A stretch of DNA of 64,000 bases, taken from NCBI GenBank assembly GCA_037140955.1, contig JBAXDL010000004.1, positions 15,268 to 79,267 on the forward strand, given 5' to 3'. How positions within the stretch are numbered: the first letter of the stretch is position 1; the number at the start of each line of letters is the position of its first letter. A model generated the notes under the pieces. It was not told where the DNA came from. It did no database searches and saw only the letters and a program-made list of their open reading frames with translations. This document shows positions 29,044 through 36,835 of the stretch, piece by piece. The translations under genes were made by a program, and so were the position numbers. The DNA is from a bacterium. GTDB taxonomy: Bacteria > Patescibacteriota > Minisyncoccia > Moranbacterales > GWC2-37-73.

Positions 29044-30138
29044 TTAAAAGTGATCAATTGTTTTTTCTTTAATATGTTCAAATAATTCCTTTTTCATGAA
29101 GCAGTCAGGATCAATACTATCAAATGAACCATTTATAATGAGTCGTTCATATGCACATCCGTTTCCACATGTATTGAGCCATTCGCATGTCGTACATTTT
29201 TTGTTTACACTGCATAAATTTTTATACATATCCTTGGCGTTGTTGTAAATTTCCAACAATGACATTTCAAGGATATTCCCTATGCAATAATCTTTGCGTT
29301 CAACATATCTATGACAAGGATATACGTCGCCATTTGAGGTGATAGACATAAATCCATAGCATCCATTTATGTTGGATGTGCAATCCATGGGTCTACCGCC
29401 AGAAAGTACCCTTAAGACGTTTCTGAAATTTCTGATTGGAAATCCTGGTTCATCATCTGCCATCCAAAGATCGAAAACTTTTTTAAGGAAATCAGTAGTT
29501 TCTTTTTCGGTTGGAATAGTATCAATGGATGAATTTTCATCTTGACCACAAAAATGAAAGTTGCAACTCGTAATTCCACAAGCTTTTAACTCCGCATAAA
29601 CCTGTTCTGCTTTGTGGACGTTGCTTTTTGTGATTAAGGAAACCGCTCCAATTGGCTCTCCTTTGTTGCGCCACATCGAAATTGATTTTAGTACGTTTTT
29701 ATGCGTGCCAGAACCATCACTGAAAATTCGATTAGCATCATGCGAATCTTTATCACCATCAATACTTGTACTAATGATAAATTTATTTTTCATTAGAAAA
29801 TCGCATGTTTTTTTGTTGAATAGCGTCATATTAGATTGAATGACATTCCTAACTTTTCCAGAAAAAATTGATCCATTTAAAAATGCTTTACTCTGAAACT
29901 TGATTGCTTTTTTGAAATGATCAATCCCTGCCAGTAGTGGCTCTCCTCCATGCCAAAGGAAATCTATATCACACGTTTCAAATTCCCTCGCATTAAACAT
30001 GATTTTCTCAAGAATTTCATCAGACATCCTCTCATATTTTTTGATGTTTTTTGATACACATCCATGATAGCAATATTTGCAAGCAATATTGCAACTTAGT
30101 CCAACGGGAAGAATTAAGAAAGTCATCTTTTCTCTCAT
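29044..30138 (-). CDS. Radical SAM/SPASM-domain peptide maturase (anSME/SCIFF-maturase-like)
   Basis: CNIACKYC (CxxxCxxC) radical SAM cluster motif near the N-terminus; C-terminal Cys-rich SPASM-like region (CTSNINGC...CH, CTTCEWLNTCGNGC). Confidence 0.85.
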   Translation of the reverse strand: MREKMTFLILPVGLSCNIACKYCYHGCVSKNIKKYERMSDEILEKIMFNAREFETCDIDFLWHGGEPLLAGIDHFKKAIKFQSKAFLNGSIFSGKVRNVIQSNMTLFNKKTCDFLMKNKFIISTSIDGDKDSHDANRIFSDGSGTHKNVLKSISMWRNKGEPIGAVSLITKSNVHKAEQVYAELKACGITSCNFHFCGQDENSSIDTIPTEKETTDFLKKVFDLWMADDEPGFPIRNFRNVLRVLSGGRPMDCTSNINGCYGFMSITSNGDVYPCHRYVERKDYCIGNILEMSLLEIYNNAKDMYKNLCSVNKKCTTCEWLNTCGNGCAYERLIINGSFDSIDPDCFMKKELFEHIKEKTIDHF

Positions 30139-30150
30139 TTGCTTACCTCC

Positions 30151-30182
30151 TTTTTTAAAAAAAGGTCATCCGATGGATGACC
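30151..30182 (-). terminator. Intrinsic-terminator-like hairpin between the precursor-peptide gene and the radical SAM gene (putative attenuator)
   Basis: On the minus strand: ggtcatcc-atc-ggatgacc 8-bp stem followed by UUUUUUU, then an AGGAGG RBS and the radical SAM ATG. Confidence 0.55.
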
Positions 30183-30212
30183 TTTGTGGTGATTGACGAC
30201 TGGAATTGTTGA

Positions 30213-30371
30213 CTATGATTCTGAGCAGTACGTGCTACATCCACTTGAGTCGCTACAACCAAGATCGCCACAGATTGCTACATTTTTATCATTAGGCTGT
30301 TTTTTATTGTTACTAAGGGCAACTTCCTTCTTGATACTCTTGATGATTTTAGAATCTTGATGATTGGACAT
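30213..30371 (-). CDS. 52-aa Cys-rich RiPP-type precursor peptide candidate (ranthipeptide/SCIFF-like)
   Basis: ORF is below the six-frame track cutoff. Translation is MSNHQDSKIIKSIKKEVALSNNKKQPNDKNVAICGDLGCSDSSGCSTYCSES. GGAGGTG RBS 6 nt upstream. Lys-rich leader, Cys/Asp/Ser-rich core. Lies immediately 5' and co-directional to the radical SAM/SPASM gene. Confidence 0.6.
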   Translation of the reverse strand: MSNHQDSKIIKSIKKEVALSNNKKQPNDKNVAICGDLGCSDSSGCSTYCSES

Positions 30372-30431
30372 GTTTTTCACCTCCTTTCTATTGTGAAATA
30401 ACTACTTGAAATATTTTTTATATTTCCTTTA

Positions 30432-30460
30432 ATAATAGTATGGATATGTATTTTTGTCAA
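30432..30460 (-). promoter_or_regulatory. Consensus promoter TTGACA-17-TATTAT driving the precursor peptide gene
   Basis: Minus strand: -35 at 30460..30455, -10 at 30437..30432, exact 17-bp spacing. Confidence 0.5.
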
Positions 30461-30561
30461 ATATGTCATTATTTGAGTTAATACATTTTTAGTGATTCTT
30501 CCAAAAAAAATTGTTTTTAATGTATAATTCAATTATAATATATATAGATAGATGTAGAGCA

Positions 30562-30590
30562 TTGACTTTTTTGCCAAACAGTGCTATTAT
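30562..30590 (+). promoter_or_regulatory. Divergent promoter TTGACT-17-(TGc)TATTAT for the 30628 gene
   Basis: Hexamers at 17-bp spacing with extended -10 TG. Confidence 0.45.
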
Positions 30591-30627
30591 TGGCTGTTTC
30601 GAGTATAATGAATATCTTTGATAAAAT

Positions 30628-31422
30628 ATGAATTCAGAAATTGAAAAGAAAGAAGTTATTGAGGGTGATTTTGACGTGGAAAGCATGTATACCACACTTT
30701 CTGAGGCAAAAGCTGAGGTTTGGAGAAGGTGGAATGACAAGGAGCTTCGAAAAAAGGTTGAAGAATATTTGGGTGAGATTCCTGATGTTTTTAAGGCTGA
30801 GCCGAGGGCTGTTCTTGCAAGACATGTAACAACTCCAAATTTAGAATTGGGATTATTTCTTGAGATGTCTAAAATGGCAGAATTAAAGCCTGTTAATCTT
30901 GAATACATTAAGGATAAATTTAGAATTAGTAATTTTGATAAGAGATATATCGCAAAAATGCCATTTGTTAAACGAAACGAATATGGTGGTGAGAAAGACG
31001 TGCGTTTTATGGATAGTATCTCCTTTGATGAGTTTGAAGGAGTATGTTTTGATAAAATTAGTACAATATGGGGGGAAAAATTTGTTTGTTTTCATCATAG
31101 ATTGCTCAACTGTGACGAGAAAGATATTGATATTTGTGATATTTCCGATTGGTATGAGTTAAAAGGTGGTTTTGCGCATAGTTATATGAAATATTTTATG
31201 AGCTTGTTTTTATGCAACGGAATTCTTTTTGAAAATTATTTAATAGGGACAACTGATGAAGAAAAATATTTTACGCAAAATGTGGTTTATAAGAATTTTA
31301 AAAAAATAGAAAATAAATTTGGAATTAAGCCTTTAATAGTACGTTTAATACCATCAAATGAAGAGCTAGATTTATATTGGTGGAGTTATTCTAATGACTT
31401 AGAAAAAAATATTTATGTGTAA
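30628..31422 (+). CDS. Hypothetical cytoplasmic protein
   Basis: 264 aa, no recognised motif; its stop overlaps the start of the downstream kinase gene. Confidence 0.4.
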   Translation: MNSEIEKKEVIEGDFDVESMYTTLSEAKAEVWRRWNDKELRKKVEEYLGEIPDVFKAEPRAVLARHVTTPNLELGLFLEMSKMAELKPVNLEYIKDKFRISNFDKRYIAKMPFVKRNEYGGEKDVRFMDSISFDEFEGVCFDKISTIWGEKFVCFHHRLLNCDEKDIDICDISDWYELKGGFAHSYMKYFMSLFLCNGILFENYLIGTTDEEKYFTQNVVYKNFKKIENKFGIKPLIVRLIPSNEELDLYWWSYSNDLEKNIYV

Positions 31423-33112
31423 TTTTGAAATACCGTCCACATTGTTTTATTTTTATATTCCAGTTTTGATTGGTGCTTTTTTGCTTGCTTTTCTAATTTT
31501 TTTTTCAAATAAAAAATCACAATCAAATAGGGATTTATTTGTCTTTATTCTAACTCTCTGTTTTTGGATTTTTATAAGTTTATTTGAATATTTTCCTTTT
31601 GATAGTAGTGTTAATTTATTTGTTGCTAGATTATTAGTGTTAACATCGTTGGAATTATTGTTTTTCTTATTCTTTTCTTATTCTTTTGTTGGCAAACCAC
31701 TTGATATTAAAAAGAGAATTTTATTTTTTTTGCCATTTATTCCAATAATTTTTTTGCTGCCTACTGATCTAAATATAAAGATGGTTGATTATGCAAGTTG
31801 CCAAAATGAAAATGGATATCTTTATTGGTATGTTTATTTTATACTATTTATTTATCTTGGAATGGCTCTTAAGAATTTTTTTAAAAGTTATAATGCAGAA
31901 AAAAGCGATAGTATTCTAAAGAAACAAATACGAATAGTGTCATATTCTATTGGTTTTTTGGTTACATGGTTTGTAGTTCTTGTTGAGCTTGTTGATTATT
32001 ATTCTAGAGTTGGAAATTTTGTCTTGAGTAATGATGTTATACCTATGTTTATACCAGTTGGTATACTTATTTTCATTGGGTTTCTTTTTTATGCAATTAC
32101 AAAGTATCAGTTTCTTGAAATTAAAATGATTGCTGCTCAGATTTTAACCTATGCTGTTTGGATACTTATTGGTTCTCAGTACTTCTTTGCTGATTCGGTT
32201 TCTCAATATTTACTTATTGCATTGACATTGTTGCTTTCAATCATCTTTGGAATTTTCTTGATAAAATCGGTGAAGAATGAAATAGACAGAAAGGAAGAGT
32301 TGCAGATCATGGCGGATCGTTTGGCATCGGCCAATGATCAATTGCGCAAATTGGACAATGCCAAAACAGAGTTTATTTCCATTGCTTCTCATCAATTGCG
32401 CACACCGATCACTGCAATCAAGGGTTTTGCTTCTCTTTTGCTGGAAGGGTCATATGGTGAGATCAGTGAGAGTGTGCATGGGGCTTTGGACAAGATTTAT
32501 CTTTCATCGGAACGTTTGGTGAATTTGATTGAGGATTTGTTGAATGTCTCTCGCATTGAATCTGGTCGCATGGCTTTTGTTTTTGAAAAAGCTTCTGTGA
32601 CAAAATTGTTGCAAGAGTTGTATGACAATTTCATTTTGATTGCCAAAACAAAGAAGTTTTATTTGGATTTGAAAATGCCGGAGCAGCCTTTGCCTGAGAT
32701 TGTGATGGATTATTCCAAGATTCGCGAGTTGGTTTCGAATTTCATTGATAATGCGCTGAAATATACTGAAAAAGGTGGGGTGACAATTCGAGCTGAAATC
32801 AAAGATGAAGGTGTTGTGATTGATGAAAATGGCTTTGTGGTTGAAGGTCAAAAATCAGAGTTTGGCAAAATGATTCGCATCACTGTTTCTGACACTGGAA
32901 TTGGAATTCCACGCGAAGAAATTCCATATCTTTTCAAAAAGTTTTCACGTGGCAAAGACGTTTCACGCCTCCACGTTGGTGGCACAGGTCTTGGGCTCTA
33001 TGTGGGCAAGGCTATTGCCGAAAACCATCATGGCCAAGTTTGGATTGAATCTGAAGGTGCCGGCAAGGGTTCCAAATTCATCATTGAGGTGCCGATTGAG
33101 AGGGTTGGGTAG
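31415..33112 (+). CDS. Sensor histidine kinase with polytopic (about 7-8 TM) N-terminal sensor
   Basis: H-box SHQLRTPITAIKGF, HATPase_c G1/G2 boxes (DTGIGIP, GGTGLGL); no adjacent response regulator. Confidence 0.8.
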   Translation: MCNFEIPSTLFYFYIPVLIGAFLLAFLIFFSNKKSQSNRDLFVFILTLCFWIFISLFEYFPFDSSVNLFVARLLVLTSLELLFFLFFSYSFVGKPLDIKKRILFFLPFIPIIFLLPTDLNIKMVDYASCQNENGYLYWYVYFILFIYLGMALKNFFKSYNAEKSDSILKKQIRIVSYSIGFLVTWFVVLVELVDYYSRVGNFVLSNDVIPMFIPVGILIFIGFLFYAITKYQFLEIKMIAAQILTYAVWILIGSQYFFADSVSQYLLIALTLLLSIIFGIFLIKSVKNEIDRKEELQIMADRLASANDQLRKLDNAKTEFISIASHQLRTPITAIKGFASLLLEGSYGEISESVHGALDKIYLSSERLVNLIEDLLNVSRIESGRMAFVFEKASVTKLLQELYDNFILIAKTKKFYLDLKMPEQPLPEIVMDYSKIRELVSNFIDNALKYTEKGGVTIRAEIKDEGVVIDENGFVVEGQKSEFGKMIRITVSDTGIGIPREEIPYLFKKFSRGKDVSRLHVGGTGLGLYVGKAIAENHHGQVWIESEGAGKGSKFIIEVPIERVG

Positions 33113-33119
33113 GGATGTT
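32936..33119 (+). repeat. Direct repeat copy 1 (184 bp): the 3' end of the histidine kinase gene plus 7 nt
   Basis: 182 of 184 nt identical to 35926..36109. Confidence 0.85.
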
Positions 33120-33209
33120 TTATGTTGACATAGTATAATTTTTTATGTTATATATTATTAAGGGTATTGAAGTAATTGTTCCTTAAATTAAGCAAAAAAG
33201 GAGTGTGCC

Positions 33210-34000
33210 ATGACTGACCTATCTTTGTATTTATTTGCACAGAAAGAAAGAATAAAAACATTATATGCATATAGAAATAGGAGTTGGAGAAAGCTTCCTA
33301 TACTGGAAAATGGTGAAAAGCTTGTAATTATTCCATTTGAAATGTGTCATCCTTTTTATTATTTGGATATGAAAATTTCAAATAGTAAAGATATTTTTAT
33401 AAGAGAGGATGTTTTTTCTCGATTTCTTGTTGCAAAAAAGATCGCGTCATCCTATGGTTTTGATTTAATTGTATTTGATGGTTGGAGATCCATTGAATTG
33501 CAGGAGAGTTTATTTTGGTATTATCTTAAAAAGTTTATAGTAGAAAAATTTAACATGAAAGATGTTTTTTCATGCGCAGATGATGTTTCTGATATAAAAA
33601 GAATATTTCTTTCTTTGCCAGAAAATAATCAAGTTTTAATGATGGAGGCAAATCGTTCTTATGTTAGTTGGCCATCAAGTGATCCATTTTGTCCAAGTCC
33701 TCATGCGACAGGTGGCTCTATTGATGTTTGGCTTTATCGCGATAATGTCCCAGTTAATCTTGGTGTTCCATTTATTGGATGGAAAAAGATGCTGGAGCAT
33801 TTTATCATCTAAAGATAAAAAGGGAGCCATTTCTTGTAAATGATAAGAATATTTCAAGAAATAGAAATATTCTTATTTATTCAATTGTAAAAGCTGGATT
33901 TTCATGCTATGGTCCGGAGTTATGGCATTTTAATTTTGGTAATCAGATGGACACGCTTGTTAGTGGTAAAATCGCTAGATACTCATATATTGAACCTTGA
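33210..34000 (+). pseudogene. VanX/DdpX-like D-Ala-D-Ala dipeptidase (peptidase M15D) with a -1 frameshift in an A5 run
   Basis: DGWRS and SPHATGGSIDV (SxHxxGxAxD) zinc-site motifs in frame 1. The C-terminal ...ELWHF motif is in another frame (33779..34000). A single extra A in the aaaaa run at 33783..33787 would restore one ORF. Confidence 0.6.
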
Positions 34001-34063
34001 TATAACATTAGGGCCTGTAGTAAATGCAGGCTCTATTTATTTAATATATTAATTTATGAAAAA

Positions 34064-35134
34064 ATGAAAAAAACAACAGTTGTAATTTTTTTTGGTGGAA
34101 AGTCTACAGAACACGAGGTTTCTATTCGAAGTGCTAGAATGGTTTTTAACTCTCTTGATAGGAAAAAATATGATATATTAGCTGTAGCAATAAACAAGAA
34201 AGGTATTTTTTTGTCTCCAGGACAGTCAATTGATGTTATAAAGAATGATGTTTGGCCACTTGATAAAAATATCGAAAAAGTATCAATATCTCAAAGTGAG
34301 GCATGCATTGTTTTCGAAGATAGAAAAATATTTTTTGATGTTGCCTTTCCTGTTATGCATGGCCCATTTGGTGAGGATGGAACAATGCAGGGACTACTCA
34401 AGTTAACAGCGGTTCCTTTTGTTGGTCCTGGTGTGCTTGGGTCTGCCATTGGGATGGATAAAGATGTTTCAAAGCGTCTTTTGCGTGATGCTGGAATCCC
34501 AATTGGATTATTCTTATCATTTAATAAATGTGAAATTAATTCAATATCATTTGATCTTTGTAAAAAGAAACTTGGACTCCCTTTATTTATAAAGCCAGCA
34601 AATCTTGGATCATCAGTCGGAGTTTTTAAGGTTCATAATAATGTTGAATTTGATATAGCTATAAAGAAGGCTTTCTTGTTTGATTCTAAAATACTTATAG
34701 AGCAGTATATAAAAGGAAGAGAGATTGAATGTGCCGTTATTGGTAATGAAGAATTGCAAGTATCTATTCCTGGAGAAATAGTGCCAACGCATGAGTTTTA
34801 CTCTTATGATGCGAAATATGTTGATGAGAATGGTGCAATTTTAAATATTCCAGCAAATATTCCAGCTTCAGTTGTTAGGAAGATTCAAATTATATCAGAA
34901 AAAACATATAAGGTTCTTTGTTGCGATGGAATGGCTAGGGTTGATTTTTTTCTCACATCGAAAAATGAATTATATGTTAATGAAATAAATACTATTCCAG
35001 GATTTACTTCTGTTAGCATGTTTCCTAAATTGTGGGAGGCTAGTGGTATTTCAAATCAAAAATTAGTAGATATTTTAGTGCAACTTGCTATGGATAGATT
35101 TAAAAATGAAAATAAATTAAAACTAACAATGTGA
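34064..35134 (+). CDS. ddl: D-alanine--D-alanine ligase
   Basis: N-terminal VIFFGGKSTEHEVS, ATP-grasp motifs, C-terminal EINTIPGFT. Confidence 0.9.
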   Translation: MKKTTVVIFFGGKSTEHEVSIRSARMVFNSLDRKKYDILAVAINKKGIFLSPGQSIDVIKNDVWPLDKNIEKVSISQSEACIVFEDRKIFFDVAFPVMHGPFGEDGTMQGLLKLTAVPFVGPGVLGSAIGMDKDVSKRLLRDAGIPIGLFLSFNKCEINSISFDLCKKKLGLPLFIKPANLGSSVGVFKVHNNVEFDIAIKKAFLFDSKILIEQYIKGREIECAVIGNEELQVSIPGEIVPTHEFYSYDAKYVDENGAILNIPANIPASVVRKIQIISEKTYKVLCCDGMARVDFFLTSKNELYVNEINTIPGFTSVSMFPKLWEASGISNQKLVDILVQLAMDRFKNENKLKLTM

Positions 35135-35140
35135 TTTTTT

Positions 35141-35920
35141 ATGGAAAATTTTTTTAAAAACATGGCATATGTTGATAGTCATGGAGAATCTGTTGATTTT
35201 GAGAAAAAAAGATTTAAATTTTGGCTAGAAAATGTTCCAAAGAAAATAAGAAGAATGGAGTATGAATTATCAGTTCTTTATAGGAGATTACTTAATGCTA
35301 ATTTGTATAAATTTGATAATAAAGAGAAGCACGGTAGATTCTTAGTATTGCCAGCTTTTAATGAGGAGGCCGAAAAATTAATGTGGGATCAGTTTGTTGG
35401 GAGTTTTTTACGGGGAAAAGATCGTATTATTGCATTTGATTCTATTGCGAATAAAGTAAGAGAAAATATTTCCGTGATAATGTCAGAAGCTGACATGTCC
35501 ATTGTTGATGAAAAAATAAAAATAATTGCAATTGGTGGATCCTCTTTTTATGGTCCGCGTAAGTTAGGTGAGAGGTTATCAGATATTGATATTCATATAT
35601 TACTAGATGATGATACTGATTTTTCTAATTTTGAAATTTTCCCTAAAACTAAAGAATCAGAAATTATAAATCCATATCATATAATTGGCACTGGAAAAAC
35701 AGATCAATCTCGTGGAAAAAATAGGCAAATTCACTGGTTGTTATATCCACATTTTCCAGTTTTAAATAAAATGAATAGTGATGAATTGAGCAGTGTTATT
35801 GCTGATCTTTCAAATAGTACAATAAAGAGAGAAGGTGAAATTATTAATACAATAGATAAGATGAGGAAGAGACTAGATGAATTAAGGCTTTTAGATATAA
35901 GAGAGAATCATTCATATTGA
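35141..35920 (+). CDS. Hypothetical protein with minimal nucleotidyltransferase motif
   Basis: GGSSFYG...DIDIHIL (GS-x-n-DxD) Pol-beta-type NTase signature. Confidence 0.4.
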   Translation: MENFFKNMAYVDSHGESVDFEKKRFKFWLENVPKKIRRMEYELSVLYRRLLNANLYKFDNKEKHGRFLVLPAFNEEAEKLMWDQFVGSFLRGKDRIIAFDSIANKVRENISVIMSEADMSIVDEKIKIIAIGGSSFYGPRKLGERLSDIDIHILLDDDTDFSNFEIFPKTKESEIINPYHIIGTGKTDQSRGKNRQIHWLLYPHFPVLNKMNSDELSSVIADLSNSTIKREGEIINTIDKMRKRLDELRLLDIRENHSY

Positions 35921-35925
35921 TAATT

Positions 35926-36109
35926 AAAAAGTTTTCACGCGGCAAAGACGTCTCACGCCTCCACGTTGGTGGCACAGGTCTTGGGCTCTATGTGGGCAAG
36001 GCTATTGCCGAAAACCATCATGGCCAAGTTTGGATTGAATCTGAAGGTGCCGGCAAGGGTTCCAAATTCATCATTGAGGTGCCGATTGAGAGGGTTGGGT
36101 AGGGATGTT
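35926..36109 (+). repeat. Direct repeat copy 2 (184 bp): orphan duplicate of the histidine kinase 3' end
   Basis: Encodes ...KKFSRGKDVSRLHVGGTGLGLYVGKAIAENHHGQVWIESEGAGKGSKFIIEVPIERVG*, identical to the kinase C-terminus; 2 mismatches in 184 nt. Confidence 0.85.
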
Positions 36110-36206
36110 GACAAAAACATCCTACAATGGTATTTTCTTCTCACATAGCTCTTTAACAAAAAGGGCCAAATATTGAATGATACTAACTTTTAAAGGGGGT
36201 AATATT

Positions 36207-36482
36207 ATGTTTGGATTTAAAAAGTCAAAAACCTATTGTTTTCATATTTCAAATTTCGATGAGATTTATGAAAATGATATAGAATTTTCTCAAAAAATTG
36301 ATGATAGTGGTTTGCCTTTGAATGCTTTTCCTGCACATCTTAATACAGAAAAAGGAGTATTTTGTGTTTGCATTTATTACAAAAAAGATCCATTGCTTGA
36401 AAATCCTGATTTTTCAGTTGAAAAAATGACAAAAATTTTGCAAGAATTGGGTTGCAATGTAACGTCAGTAGATGAAGAATAA
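36207..36482 (+). CDS. Small protein, tandem paralog A
   Basis: MFGFKKSKTYCFHISNFDEI...; GGGGG RBS 7 nt upstream; about 55% identical to paralog B, with a near-identical 95-bp 5' region. Confidence 0.45.
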   Translation: MFGFKKSKTYCFHISNFDEIYENDIEFSQKIDDSGLPLNAFPAHLNTEKGVFCVCIYYKKDPLLENPDFSVEKMTKILQELGCNVTSVDEE

Positions 36483-36532
36483 TCTAAAAACAAGGGAATT
36501 GAATGATACTAACTTTTAAAGGGGGTAATATT

Positions 36533-36808
36533 ATGTTTGGATTCAAAAAGTCAAAAACCTACTGTTTTCATATTTCAAATTTCGATGAGATTGAAAAAAA
36601 TGATATTGAAATTTATGAAAAGCTGGAACATGGTGCTTTGGAGCATTATTGTTTTACTGCAAAATTGGATTCTTCAAAAAAAGTTTTTTGTGTCTATGTG
36701 AATTATGAAAAAGATTTATTTTTGGAAAATCCAAATTTTTCACTTGAAAAAATGACAAATTTCATTAAAAGTACGGGGCTTATCATTCTTTCAGTAGACG
36801 AAGAATAA
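36533..36808 (+). CDS. Small protein, tandem paralog B
   Basis: Same N-terminus and C-terminal ...SVDEE as paralog A, with a divergent middle. Confidence 0.45.
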   Translation: MFGFKKSKTYCFHISNFDEIEKNDIEIYEKLEHGALEHYCFTAKLDSSKKVFCVYVNYEKDLFLENPNFSLEKMTNFIKSTGLIILSVDEE

Positions 36809-36835
36809 TCTCAAAACAAAAAAAGGAGGTGTAAG

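Noticed and set aside
33779-34000. 73-aa ORF called separately in the track
   Set aside because: It is the out-of-frame C-terminal part of the vanX-like dipeptidase (ELWHF motif) and is merged into the frameshifted pseudogene call.
35917-36102. 61-aa ORF MIIKKFSRGKDV...
   Set aside because: It is not an independent gene. It is the duplicated 3' fragment of the histidine kinase gene (repeat copy 2).
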